64,000 nt of DNA from an uncultured Caldithrix sp. (lineage in GTDB: Bacteria > Calditrichota > Calditrichia > RBG-13-44-9). Under the pieces are notes generated by a model. The model searched no databases. It was not told the origin of the DNA and saw only the letters and a program-made list of their open reading frames with translations. Where the stretch lies: contig CAYMXZ010000001.1 in the NCBI GenBank assembly GCA_964394475.1, positions 4,480 through 68,479 of the forward strand, given 5' to 3'. Made by a program: the position numbers and the translations under genes. Shown here one piece after another: positions 9,675-18,817 of the stretch; within the stretch, counting starts at the first letter, position 1, and each line of letters opens with the position of its first letter.

Positions 9675-10421
9675 TTAATCTTGACGATGGTTATTGACAG
9701 AAAAATCGTTTTTAAAGAATCCCAATTTTTTGGCCATTTTGATAATTCCTCTTCCCATGGCTGATACCTGAAAAGCCTGGGCTGGATTATTCCATCCTTT
9801 TTCTTTCTTAATTTTATACCATTGCCGAGATTCAGGTAAGGCCGATATATTTAAAAGGAGGTTTACTAAAATTATATACAAAATAACATAAATATCATGG
9901 GTTCGATACCATAACCACGGAATAAGGAAAAGCAATCCGATGGTGTACGTCAGATATAAATCTCTCAAAATAATAAGTCCAAAGATTAAACCACTGAAGG
10001 CACCGACGAAGACCCCTATCCAATCAATGGCAAAAATGCCTCCGTAGATGGCTGAAATGCCTCGCCCGCCGCGGAATTTGTGATATACTGGCCAGATGTG
10101 GCCCACCACTCCAGTCGTCGCAAAAACTAAATAATAATGAAATTCTGGAAACTGTGATTTTAAAAAGATAGTTGGAATGAATACTTTTAGCACATCACAG
10201 ACGTATGTTAAAAAACCAAACTTAGGCCCAACGTTGGTTGATACGGTAGTGGCGCTTACCAACTTCGTCACAATCTTCTTATCACTTCCTTGAATTCCGA
10301 ACGCAGTTTCTTCTGGCACTTTTTTATTTCTGCTAAACACATAGGTGATAATACGGGCAGAGGATATCGATCCGATTAAATATCCCCCAATAGCGCTGCT
10401 TAATAAAGGCAATATATTCAT
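9675..10421 (-). CDS. Divergent PlsY-family (acyl-phosphate:glycerol-3-phosphate acyltransferase-like) membrane protein
   Basis: GYLIGSISSARII lines up with PlsY's YL.GSI.SA.LV. GHIWPVYHKFRGGRGISA lines up with PlsY's GHIWPVFFGFKGGKGVAT. The canonical SGN.GATN motif is replaced (..TTVSTNVGPKFG..). There is a ~25-aa insertion after TM1. The protein is 248 aa. Confidence 0.6.
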   Translation of the reverse strand: MNILPLLSSAIGGYLIGSISSARIITYVFSRNKKVPEETAFGIQGSDKKIVTKLVSATTVSTNVGPKFGFLTYVCDVLKVFIPTIFLKSQFPEFHYYLVFATTGVVGHIWPVYHKFRGGRGISAIYGGIFAIDWIGVFVGAFSGLIFGLIILRDLYLTYTIGLLFLIPWLWYRTHDIYVILYIILVNLLLNISALPESRQWYKIKKEKGWNNPAQAFQVSAMGRGIIKMAKKLGFFKNDFSVNNHRQD

Positions 10422-10439
10422 GGTTTGACCTCCACTGAA

Positions 10440-12896
10440 TTAAAAATGTTTGAGATAAACCCGTCCGGTATATCCATCGATGGTTAATTTCTGTCCATTT
10501 TTAATAATTTTTGTGGCATTTCTTACGCTCAAAACCGCTGGTAATCCGTATTCGCGCGCAATAATAGCGCCATGAGATAGTTGACCGCCGGTTTCTGTAA
10601 TAATACCACCAATATTCGGAAATAAAGGTGTCCATCCGACATCGGTGAAAGGGACAATGAGAATATCTTGCCGGTTCAAACCAATTTTTACATCAGCAGG
10701 ATCATAGATGACTCTGGCATATCCCTGCACCCTCCCTGCACTACCGCTTATTCCCTGCAGCCACTCTTCTTTTTCCTGCGGAATGAATGAAATTGCATCC
10801 TCACAAATTATCTCAGGTGGGGTTATATTCGTATCGCTGGCAATTTCTTTTATTCTTATTTCAACAATTCTTTTTGGATCGAAATTTTTACTCTCATTAG
10901 TAATCAGTTGCTGTAACTCTGAGTAAGAAAGGTGAAAAATATCATCTCGATGGAGTAAATATTTTTTTTCTACCAATTGCTCTCCCATTGTAAGGTAAAT
11001 ACGGCGCATCTGATAGGAATCTTCAGACATAAAAAGACTTAATTTTTCGCGAAGTTTTATATAAGTAATGGTGGAATGCAACATACTATTAAAAATTATT
11101 CTCCTCCAGAAATTTAATTTTTGCTTTACATTTCGGATTGCTTTTTCTCGTTCTGTAGATCTAAAGCTCTCAGCATTGGTCACTGGTGATTCCAATTGTC
11201 GATGAATAGCCATCAATATAATCGACGGATTCTCGATCCATGGAGCTATAGAGAAATCGGTTCCGTTCATGCTCAGATGACCATAATGGTTTAAGAACTC
11301 GTTAAATTTTTTCAAAAAGGTCTGACCTTCCATACGTTCCTGCACAATAGCCGGGAAAGAAGCAGAAGGGTTACTCGGGATGGTTAACTCTAATTTTCTG
11401 GCCAGTGCAGCCAATTCATGAATTTTTTGGTTGGGCTCCAGAGATTTTAATCCGATCAACCCGCTGATAAGATCGTTTGGATTGACTTCAGGCACATATC
11501 GATTGACAAATTTTTTTAATATTCTGTTACGGATGGTCATATTCATCGCTCCGATCCACATATACCACTGGGTTTGGCGATGATATTTTCTTAAAATTTG
11601 TATATGGTGAAGTAGAGCCTCTAATCGAAAATTTTTCCATTCCTGCTTTCGGAAATTACTGAGCCGCTCTTCATGGAGGTGGATAAAATTTTGTAATTTC
11701 TTTTTAATCATGGAATATTCCACCAAAAATATGATGAAACGTAAGCTGGTTTTTACGACTCGCAGGGAAAATTTCGGGTAGCGGTTGATCGCCTTTTCAT
11801 CTCGCAGAATAGATTCAAAATAATTGATCGGTAAACCGATCTTCTGAAAAACGTCGGCCAGAAAAGTGATATTGACATACACTCTGGAGTGTATTTTTTT
11901 GATTAAATGGTGGAAGTTTATATCATTTGGTCCATAGATGTAGCTAAATATACGGCCGAAAACATTGGTGGTCATATCGAGCAGATTGGTGGACCACACC
12001 AGATTTTTAATTAATCCAGGGGTCATATCAGAAACCAGTCGATTCGAATAGACCGGCTTCACGGTGATCGTCGTAATGGGTCGTGATTGGAGAATATAGA
12101 AAGATGAACCATCCCAGGCCCATTCCACGTCCTGTGGAGTATGAAACAGCGCACTTATTTTTTTTACAATTTTTCCCAGTTCTTGTATTTGTGCAGGAGA
12201 GAGAACTGGTGAAGATGAATCCATGAGATGCTGTTCCACTAATTTCAACTCTGGATTAAGCAGATAACGATCGGGAGTTATATGGCCGGCCGCTAATTTT
12301 TCTCCCAGACCTGAAGTGGCCTCAATCAGGATGCACGGATGGCCAGTCATCGGATTGGCACTAAAAGCGACTCCGGCCGCTTTAGCTGAAATCATTTTTT
12401 GGATGATTATTGACATGGATAGCGGAGCGGAGCGTTTGAATTTCTCATTTTGTCCCAACTCTTTGCGATAGGTGATAAAACGTTTGTTCAAAATTCCAGT
12501 ATAACATTTTTGTATCGCAGCAATAAGCTGGTCATAATTTGTTATTTGCAGAAAAGAATCCAGTTGTCCAGCGTGGGAAGTATCAATTCTGTCTTCGCCG
12601 ACCACCGAGGAACGAACGGCTAAAGGCCAATCAATCGCATGCTGAATTTTCAGTAACTCTAATTTTATTTTCTCTGGCAGCTCGTCAAGAATAAAAAGCC
12701 GTCCTTCATCGGTTTTTCGAATCATTTTTCGAAAAACCCGGCTGGAAAGAATGATAGCAGGTGGAACATTAAATCCCATTTGATAAAGTTTGGCCAGGTT
12801 TGCACCTTTTCCCCCTGCTAATTTTTCCTGGCAGGCGCGTTTTTCAGATAATTGGATCAGATAACGACTCATATCGGCGAATTTATTTTGAAACAT
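10440..12896 (-). CDS. PEP-utilising-enzyme-family phosphotransferase (PpsA/pyruvate-phosphate-dikinase/rifampicin-phosphotransferase-like architecture; substrate unknown)
   Basis: The 818-aa protein has an N-terminal PPDK_N-type ATP-grasp region (..LAGGKGANLAKLYQMGFNVPP..). Its C-terminal swivelling phosphohistidine domain (..NIGGIITETGGQLSHGAIIAREYGLPAV..) has the catalytic His in a GG..SH.AI.ARE context. A long middle domain lies between them, as in rifampicin phosphotransferase. Confidence 0.8.
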   Translation of the reverse strand: MFQNKFADMSRYLIQLSEKRACQEKLAGGKGANLAKLYQMGFNVPPAIILSSRVFRKMIRKTDEGRLFILDELPEKIKLELLKIQHAIDWPLAVRSSVVGEDRIDTSHAGQLDSFLQITNYDQLIAAIQKCYTGILNKRFITYRKELGQNEKFKRSAPLSMSIIIQKMISAKAAGVAFSANPMTGHPCILIEATSGLGEKLAAGHITPDRYLLNPELKLVEQHLMDSSSPVLSPAQIQELGKIVKKISALFHTPQDVEWAWDGSSFYILQSRPITTITVKPVYSNRLVSDMTPGLIKNLVWSTNLLDMTTNVFGRIFSYIYGPNDINFHHLIKKIHSRVYVNITFLADVFQKIGLPINYFESILRDEKAINRYPKFSLRVVKTSLRFIIFLVEYSMIKKKLQNFIHLHEERLSNFRKQEWKNFRLEALLHHIQILRKYHRQTQWYMWIGAMNMTIRNRILKKFVNRYVPEVNPNDLISGLIGLKSLEPNQKIHELAALARKLELTIPSNPSASFPAIVQERMEGQTFLKKFNEFLNHYGHLSMNGTDFSIAPWIENPSIILMAIHRQLESPVTNAESFRSTEREKAIRNVKQKLNFWRRIIFNSMLHSTITYIKLREKLSLFMSEDSYQMRRIYLTMGEQLVEKKYLLHRDDIFHLSYSELQQLITNESKNFDPKRIVEIRIKEIASDTNITPPEIICEDAISFIPQEKEEWLQGISGSAGRVQGYARVIYDPADVKIGLNRQDILIVPFTDVGWTPLFPNIGGIITETGGQLSHGAIIAREYGLPAVLSVRNATKIIKNGQKLTIDGYTGRVYLKHF

Positions 12897-13283
12897 TTAA
12901 AATTTTTTAACACAAAATCAGCATCATCTTTTGGATAACGATACTTCCATTCCTGCTTTTTGCCCGTAATCCAAAATCTAAATCAAGTAACTCGCGTCAA
13001 CGAGAAGTTTTATCTCATGGTAACCTTAACTGCCCATTATTTTTTAAAATTATGATTCTCATACTAAGCCCAATGCTACTGGGATGTGAGTAAACCATAT
13101 TATGTTTTCAGACAAGTCTTACTGATCCTTCATTTTTCACCGTCCCTGTTGTTGCATAAAGAACAAAATAATAATGGATTTTTCTCTTCTTTTCTCAAAC
13201 TACTTATAGTTAAGATCTTTTAAAAATAAAGTTAGGAGCTATCTAACAAATTTTTATTTGCCAAATAAATTTAAAAAGACTTA

Positions 13284-14021
13284 TTATTTTCGTAAAGAAG
13301 CCTTGGAAAAGATGTACTCTGGTATTTCGGCATTAAATTCAATTGATCGAATAATAAAAGTAGTTCCTTCGCCGCTTTTTAGCACATCTTTGAAATTGAT
13401 TTCGGTTGCTACCCAGCGTTTTCCGATGTATTCGACTTTTTTAATTTCAGTAGTTTTCAGTAATTTTCCGCTCTTGGCGAAGCGTTCCTCTTTTAAAATA
13501 ACAAATCTTTCCTGATCCACCCAGATTTTGCGAGTGGCATAGGCTACATCCGATAGCTTGGCAGTTAATTGAAGCTTCCAGCATGGGCGGTCAGTTACAA
13601 GTTCTTCGCCGATTATGGTGGCATTGTACAGATCGGTGAGTCGTGCGTCTTCCATTAAATCTTCATATGAAAGGTCTGATCCCATGACCGATTGTCGTAA
13701 CATGTGACCGGAGATCCGGATGGTTCGGTCAGTTGAAGGGGTATAAGTCCACAATTGATCGGCAATTTTTAGCATTTTGGTACCCCTCTCCCGCGGGGGC
13801 TCTAGATATTCAGTGAATGATTGTTCTCTCCCCTGAATCCAGGATTTTAATACAATGGTTCGATTCCCGCGCTGGCCACTGATATGCATCTCCGCCAGGG
13901 ACACTTTATTTTCCGAGCCGAGATTTTGGTCAATCCTTCTCAAAATCCACTCCCCACCGGGCTCTTGCGCAAATAAGTTGACTATAATAGACCAGATCAA
14001 AATAAAAATAAGATTTTTCAT
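13284..14021 (-). CDS. LolA-like periplasmic 'outer-membrane lipoprotein-sorting' protein
   Basis: The 245-aa protein has a cleavable signal peptide (MKNLIFILIWSIIVNLFAQE). Its size and beta-rich composition fit LolA-like half-barrel carriers. It overlaps the upstream permease by 4 nt. Confidence 0.55.
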   Translation of the reverse strand: MKNLIFILIWSIIVNLFAQEPGGEWILRRIDQNLGSENKVSLAEMHISGQRGNRTIVLKSWIQGREQSFTEYLEPPRERGTKMLKIADQLWTYTPSTDRTIRISGHMLRQSVMGSDLSYEDLMEDARLTDLYNATIIGEELVTDRPCWKLQLTAKLSDVAYATRKIWVDQERFVILKEERFAKSGKLLKTTEIKKVEYIGKRWVATEINFKDVLKSGEGTTFIIRSIEFNAEIPEYIFSKASLRK

Positions 14022-15292
14022 GCTTCGAATTCCTTACTTAACTGAGAAGTTTGTCTTTTAAAAATTCCTATACCCGCCATAGCAGTTCCCAGGAAAGTAG
14101 CTACTAATCCCGGAATGAATCCAATAATAAAACTCACTGGAGTAATCTGAGCACGCAATACATCGGAGATGACCATCGAGGCATTTTTCAACATTCCAGA
14201 AATATCCAGTCCCTTCACCTGCAGATAGTACGATATTGCTAAACCAAGTAAGGTACCTAAAATGGAACCCATCAAGCCAATGATTAAAGATTCAGCGATC
14301 ATTAATAGATAGAGATGTCTTTTATCTTCTCCGATGGCTAGGCGGATGCCAATTTCTCCATAGCGGCGTAAACTGGACATCAAACCGGCATTCCACAAAA
14401 CGATGGCCATAATGATAACAAATATGCCCACGAAAATAGAAGATAGATAGGTGGTATAGTCTAAAATTTGTGCTAATCCCGCTTGCTCGCGCAGGGTAAA
14501 CATTTCCGGTGAAAAGGAATCATCGCTCTGGGAAAATTTAGCATTAAATTTTTTCGCTATTTCTTTGGCCTGTTCATGGTGATAAAGGTGATCGTTAAAA
14601 AAACCAAGAATTTCCCCCGCCGCATCCGGCATATCAAGCGCCTGCTGGATATCATGAAGATCAGAGATCATGGCCCCGCGATCCATAGCCGATATTCCAA
14701 ATCGGATGGTTCCTACTATTTTGAAATTATAGGTGGCCATACTCCCATACATGCTGGAACTAATAAGAGTGGCAGTTTCATTTAGAGAAGCCTTCAGTTT
14801 TTGATACAATTCTTCACTCACCAGAATTTCCCCCGTTTGGGCGGGCAATCGTCCACGAACTAAAGCTCTGGAGAGTCGCAGGATCTGCGGTTCCAGGTTC
14901 TTGCCGGAAAACAAATCTACTCCCATACCGGCAATCGGGCTTTGACTTCTGGTCTCTCCCGAGTCGTCTGGAATATCCAGCAATCCCCCAAAACGAATGC
15001 GAGCGGTCCAATCCAGTTGGGGAAAATCGGCATAAAGCTGGTTCAACAGAGAATCCACGCCCATGTAAGCCAGGTCATTGGGAAGTTGATCGGCCTGTCT
15101 GGCATAGGCACGGGACATCACTTTTAGATGGCCAGTATTAAAGTTTGCATTCGCTTGTATGATATCATTTTCTGTACCTTTGATCCAACAGTAAAGCAAG
15201 ACGGTTAGACTAACTCCTGCCATTACGATAAGAAGGGGAAAAAGACTGCGCGAACGGTCACGGATTATACCTTTGATAATAAAAAAGATCAT
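14018..15292 (-). CDS. ABC transporter permease, FtsX/MacB/LolC-E type
   Basis: The 424-aa protein has an N-terminal TM helix, a ~200-aa periplasmic domain and C-terminal FtsX-type TM helices. It overlaps both the upstream and downstream genes by 4 nt. Confidence 0.8.
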   Translation of the reverse strand: MIFFIIKGIIRDRSRSLFPLLIVMAGVSLTVLLYCWIKGTENDIIQANANFNTGHLKVMSRAYARQADQLPNDLAYMGVDSLLNQLYADFPQLDWTARIRFGGLLDIPDDSGETRSQSPIAGMGVDLFSGKNLEPQILRLSRALVRGRLPAQTGEILVSEELYQKLKASLNETATLISSSMYGSMATYNFKIVGTIRFGISAMDRGAMISDLHDIQQALDMPDAAGEILGFFNDHLYHHEQAKEIAKKFNAKFSQSDDSFSPEMFTLREQAGLAQILDYTTYLSSIFVGIFVIIMAIVLWNAGLMSSLRRYGEIGIRLAIGEDKRHLYLLMIAESLIIGLMGSILGTLLGLAISYYLQVKGLDISGMLKNASMVISDVLRAQITPVSFIIGFIPGLVATFLGTAMAGIGIFKRQTSQLSKEFEA

Positions 15293-16461
15293 ATCATTCT
15301 TCCCCGCAATGCATCGGTTGGTTTAAGTTTGGAAATTTTTCGGGTTGGCAGGAAACTGACGATGGTAGTAACCATTAAAACCAGCAATGTCGTTCCAATG
15401 ATCAAACCTGCACTAAAAGCTGGAAATAATTTTTCGCCGATGGCAAAACCATAGGAATCTGCCTGGGTGGGAAGCTTCCAGCCAACTCTGACGAAGTAGG
15501 ATAATAGTGGGATGCCGTATGCCGCCGCCAAAATGACTGCCAGAACTCCATGCAGGCTACCCTCCAGCGTGAAAAGTCTGATTACCTCTCCGCGGGTCAT
15601 TCCCAGGGCCATTAAAGTCCCCATTTCTTTGCGCCGGCGAAATATGGAAAGCACCTGCGTATCAAAAATAGCCAACATCGCTAAAAATAAGAGCAGAAGA
15701 TAAATAATTGAAGAACCCACTGATTTTGATTTCACTAACTCATTTATGTCTTTGAGTAAAAAGTGGATATCTCTAAACTTCCAGCCCTCGAGGGATGGCC
15801 GATTGACCACTCCAGATCTCATGATCACCAGCGTGGCCTCATCCGTTACTCCAACCATCTCCTGTAGCAATTGAAGAGGAATCCACAGTTGTCCAATATC
15901 AATGGTCTGAACGGAGGTTTGCATTATTTGTACAATTTCCACTTCTTTGGCATCATAGGTGCCATTCACATCGCGCCATTGTAAAATCACCTGATCGCCC
16001 TGCTTTAGACCGGTGCTTTCTGCCATTCGCCGACCGATGAGAGCCGGGATCATATCGCTCGTGCCATGTAAAAAATGCGAAGGGATGGCAATTAATTTCT
16101 GCTCGGGGTCAATTCCATTAATAATAATTGGTTTGATTCTTCCTCCTGGATAAATAGTTCCAGGTATAATAAGCAAGGGTGTTGCCTCACCCATAGAAAT
16201 GAATTTTTTTAACGTTTCAGGGAGTGGTTGATGAGATTCATCCAGCGTCAAAGGATCATAAGGGTCGTAGTTTTCACTCCAGTATTGACCACCGCCATAA
16301 TAGGTGTCGATCATGGCCTGTGCCGTTTGCTTATTCATCCCTTCTAACAAACCCTGCAACGAAACAATGGCAAAGAAAGCAAAGGAGAGCACAATCACAT
16401 TTAACCAGGTACGTAAACCGGCCCCCAGTAAATTTTGCAGAGCTAATTTGATGATCACCAT
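15289..16461 (-). CDS. ABC transporter permease, FtsX/MacB/LolC-E type (second paralogue)
   Basis: The 390-aa protein has the same architecture as the neighbouring permease. The two different permeases plus one ATPase parallel LolC/LolE/LolD. Confidence 0.8.
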   Translation of the reverse strand: MVIIKLALQNLLGAGLRTWLNVIVLSFAFFAIVSLQGLLEGMNKQTAQAMIDTYYGGGQYWSENYDPYDPLTLDESHQPLPETLKKFISMGEATPLLIIPGTIYPGGRIKPIIINGIDPEQKLIAIPSHFLHGTSDMIPALIGRRMAESTGLKQGDQVILQWRDVNGTYDAKEVEIVQIMQTSVQTIDIGQLWIPLQLLQEMVGVTDEATLVIMRSGVVNRPSLEGWKFRDIHFLLKDINELVKSKSVGSSIIYLLLLFLAMLAIFDTQVLSIFRRRKEMGTLMALGMTRGEVIRLFTLEGSLHGVLAVILAAAYGIPLLSYFVRVGWKLPTQADSYGFAIGEKLFPAFSAGLIIGTTLLVLMVTTIVSFLPTRKISKLKPTDALRGRMI

Positions 16462-16496
16462 ATTTTATTCATCTTTAATTTTTTGAGTGAATGATT

Positions 16497-17192
16497 TTAT
16501 TCTTTCTTTTCGTCCTTTACAACTTTGCCATCAAATAAAGTAATTTTTCGTTTCAGATATTGGATCACCTTTTCATCATGGGTAGAAAAAATAAAAGTCG
16601 TGTGCAATTCCCTGTTTAAATTTTCCATGGTTTTCAGAATATGATGCGAATTTTCTGCATCCAGGTTGGCGGTGGGTTCATCGGCCAGAATGATTTCTGG
16701 ATTTTTCACGACGGCTCGGGCAATGGCTACCCGCTGACTTTCTCCTCCTGAAAGTTGATTGGGCCTGGAATTGGCGCGATCCTGCAAGTAGACCCACTCC
16801 AGAGCTTGCATTACTCTTTTTTTCCTCTCACTCGCTGACAAACGCTGCAATAATAATGGAAATTCAACATTTTCATATACCGTATAAACAGGCAATAAAT
16901 TGAAAGTCTGAAAAATAAATCCAATATGATAGTTCCGCAATTTGGCCGCGCTTTTGTGAGAGAGGGTTTCCACCCGATGCTTTAATACCATCACGCTTCC
17001 GCTGGTCGGGATATCCAGTGAACCAACGATATTTAATAATGTAGTTTTTCCCGATCCGCTTGGACCTACTATTCCGGCAAATTCGCCTCTATAAAAGGTT
17101 AAGTTTATGTGATCTAACGCCATCAGCTGGTTTTGACCCATTGGATATATTTTTACCACATCTCGCGTTTCGATAAGAATTTCGTTCTTCAT
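16497..17192 (-). CDS. ABC transporter ATP-binding protein (LolD/MacB-ATPase type)
   Basis: Walker A is GPSGSGKTTLLNIVG. The ABC signature is [14 protein letters not shown]. Walker B is IILADEPT. The protein is 231 aa. Confidence 0.9.
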   Translation of the reverse strand: MKNEILIETRDVVKIYPMGQNQLMALDHINLTFYRGEFAGIVGPSGSGKTTLLNIVGSLDIPTSGSVMVLKHRVETLSHKSAAKLRNYHIGFIFQTFNLLPVYTVYENVEFPLLLQRLSASERKKRVMQALEWVYLQDRANSRPNQLSGGESQRVAIARAVVKNPEIILADEPTANLDAENSHHILKTMENLNRELHTTFIFSTHDEKVIQYLKRKITLFDGKVVKDEKKE

Positions 17193-17229
17193 GCTCTCCT
17201 CAAAAAAGTAAAATATTCAACAGATGCGC

Positions 17230-18369
17230 CTAATGATTAAACACCACCATGATCTGAAAACCTTTACCAGCGAAATTATTGACAACTGAGGAACTGGAAT
17301 ATGTACGAGTAATTTCTGGATTCCAAAATGCCATCAAGAAAAAAGACCAGTGATCATAAGTTCTCCGCCAACTAAAAAAACGATAGTAATCTTCCTGCTT
17401 CCAGTGGTAATACAAAATTCCTTGCAACTGATCCATGATTCCAATGGGATAGTTGAAAGAAACCCCGCTAATAGAAAATCCTTCTCCAGCAGTAAACGCG
17501 TTATCAGCCTCTTCTGAGATGAAGTGTTCGGCTAAAAGGTTCAGACCGTTGCCAATCTTGAGAGTGTAATCTGCACCAATATTTCCCAGATGTCTCCAGG
17601 CATAGGGCCATAATTGATTGCTTTGCTGTGAAATGGTGAACTCCAGCCAAAGTCCAATTTCAAGATCCCATTTACCATCCACACCAAAACGATTCTCAAT
17701 CCCGGTCTGCTTGCCAAAGATGTCGATGGGAAGCAGTTTCTCGTTGAGTTGCAGTTTTCTGTGATGGAAGGATAAGGCCACTTCTCCCGCCGGCATTGGA
17801 TACTGGATTCTTCCCCCAAATTCTGGTTGGTCTTTCAGAGAAGGATGAATTTCCCAACCCCGCAGATCTTTGTTTCCGATTAATCCCCATAACCAGATAT
17901 TGGCATTGTTCAGGAAGTAATAACGCAAAAGCACGGCATACACTCCGCTGGTGATCTGTAACGGATCTCGCGGATCCAGTGAGTCGAACCACATCAGTGG
18001 CCGGAAAAGAGTAGCCGATCCAAAATTGATTTTCTGCAAACCAATCCGGAATTCGAATTGAGAGGTGGAGTATCGAGACCAAAATCGATAAAGTTTAATG
18101 TCTTGTGATGATTCACTTTTTTGAAAATTGTGGAAACGTCCGGAATGAAAGGCATTTAACGAAAATTCAAGATCCATATTATGTTCGCCGGGGAGAGCGT
18201 GGTGGAACATCAGGGTGGGAAGATAACGGATTCCATAAAAATGGTCTGGTGATGCGATATCATTCTGACCATACCAGCCGGAAAGCTCTCCCTGCCAACC
18301 GATTGGTTTGGCATAAAGCTTCAGCATAAGCAATAAAACTATCACAAGGAACTGCAGGAACTTTCTCAT
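17230..18369 (-). CDS. Secreted hypothetical protein, probable outer-membrane beta-barrel
   Basis: The 379-aa protein has a signal peptide (MRKFLQFLVIVLLLMLKLYA). It is rich in alternating aromatic/hydrophilic beta-strand-like segments (..YTLKIGNGLNL.., ..GFSISGVSFNYPIG..). It is the first gene of the ABC/LolA-like operon. Confidence 0.45.
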   Translation of the reverse strand: MRKFLQFLVIVLLLMLKLYAKPIGWQGELSGWYGQNDIASPDHFYGIRYLPTLMFHHALPGEHNMDLEFSLNAFHSGRFHNFQKSESSQDIKLYRFWSRYSTSQFEFRIGLQKINFGSATLFRPLMWFDSLDPRDPLQITSGVYAVLLRYYFLNNANIWLWGLIGNKDLRGWEIHPSLKDQPEFGGRIQYPMPAGEVALSFHHRKLQLNEKLLPIDIFGKQTGIENRFGVDGKWDLEIGLWLEFTISQQSNQLWPYAWRHLGNIGADYTLKIGNGLNLLAEHFISEEADNAFTAGEGFSISGVSFNYPIGIMDQLQGILYYHWKQEDYYRFFSWRRTYDHWSFFLMAFWNPEITRTYSSSSVVNNFAGKGFQIMVVFNH

Positions 18370-18817
18370 TGCTTCGAATGCTCCGTATAATCCAATAATA
18401 TTTTGTGATATATTTCAAGTCAAATCAAGCCCTAAATATCTCTGATGGTATACACTTTTTATTCAAAGTCAGAGATTCACAAAATTTCTGGTAAATAAAC
18501 CATTTCTCAATCATAGGCAACCATGGTTGTTAATTATGGGTATAAGTGGACGTTCCCACTTTCCTGCTATAATTCATTTGAGAATAATTTCATAGACCAT
18601 CCATCTTAGAAAAAACATCAGAATTCGGGGTGGAATCGCTTAACCCAACAAATCTTTGCCTAAGAATTCTCCAGGCAAAATTTTAAAAATAATTTATGTA
18701 ACCCACTGTTTGATTTTTCGTATTTGCAATTGTTTTGTGAATTCATTGAAGAATTGATCTGTTTTAAAAACAGTGAAGATAACGGGGAAGTCAATTTCAA
18801 ATGGAGAAAATTGTCTT
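18370..18817. promoter_or_regulatory. Divergent control region between two MacB/Lol-type ABC operons; contains perfect palindromes CAACCATGGTTG (18518-18529) and CTGTTTTAAAAACAG (18759-18773)
   Basis: This ~450-bp AT-rich non-coding region lies between the minus-strand operon (start 18369) and the plus-strand operon (likely start 18818). The two dyad-symmetric sites are seen directly in the sequence. Confidence 0.3.

Noticed and set aside
18551-18563. 13-mer CGTTCCCACTTTC shared with 57964-57976, both in promoter-proximal spacers
   Set aside because: Tens of 13-mer coincidences are expected by chance in 64 kb on two strands. There is no additional symmetry or third copy.
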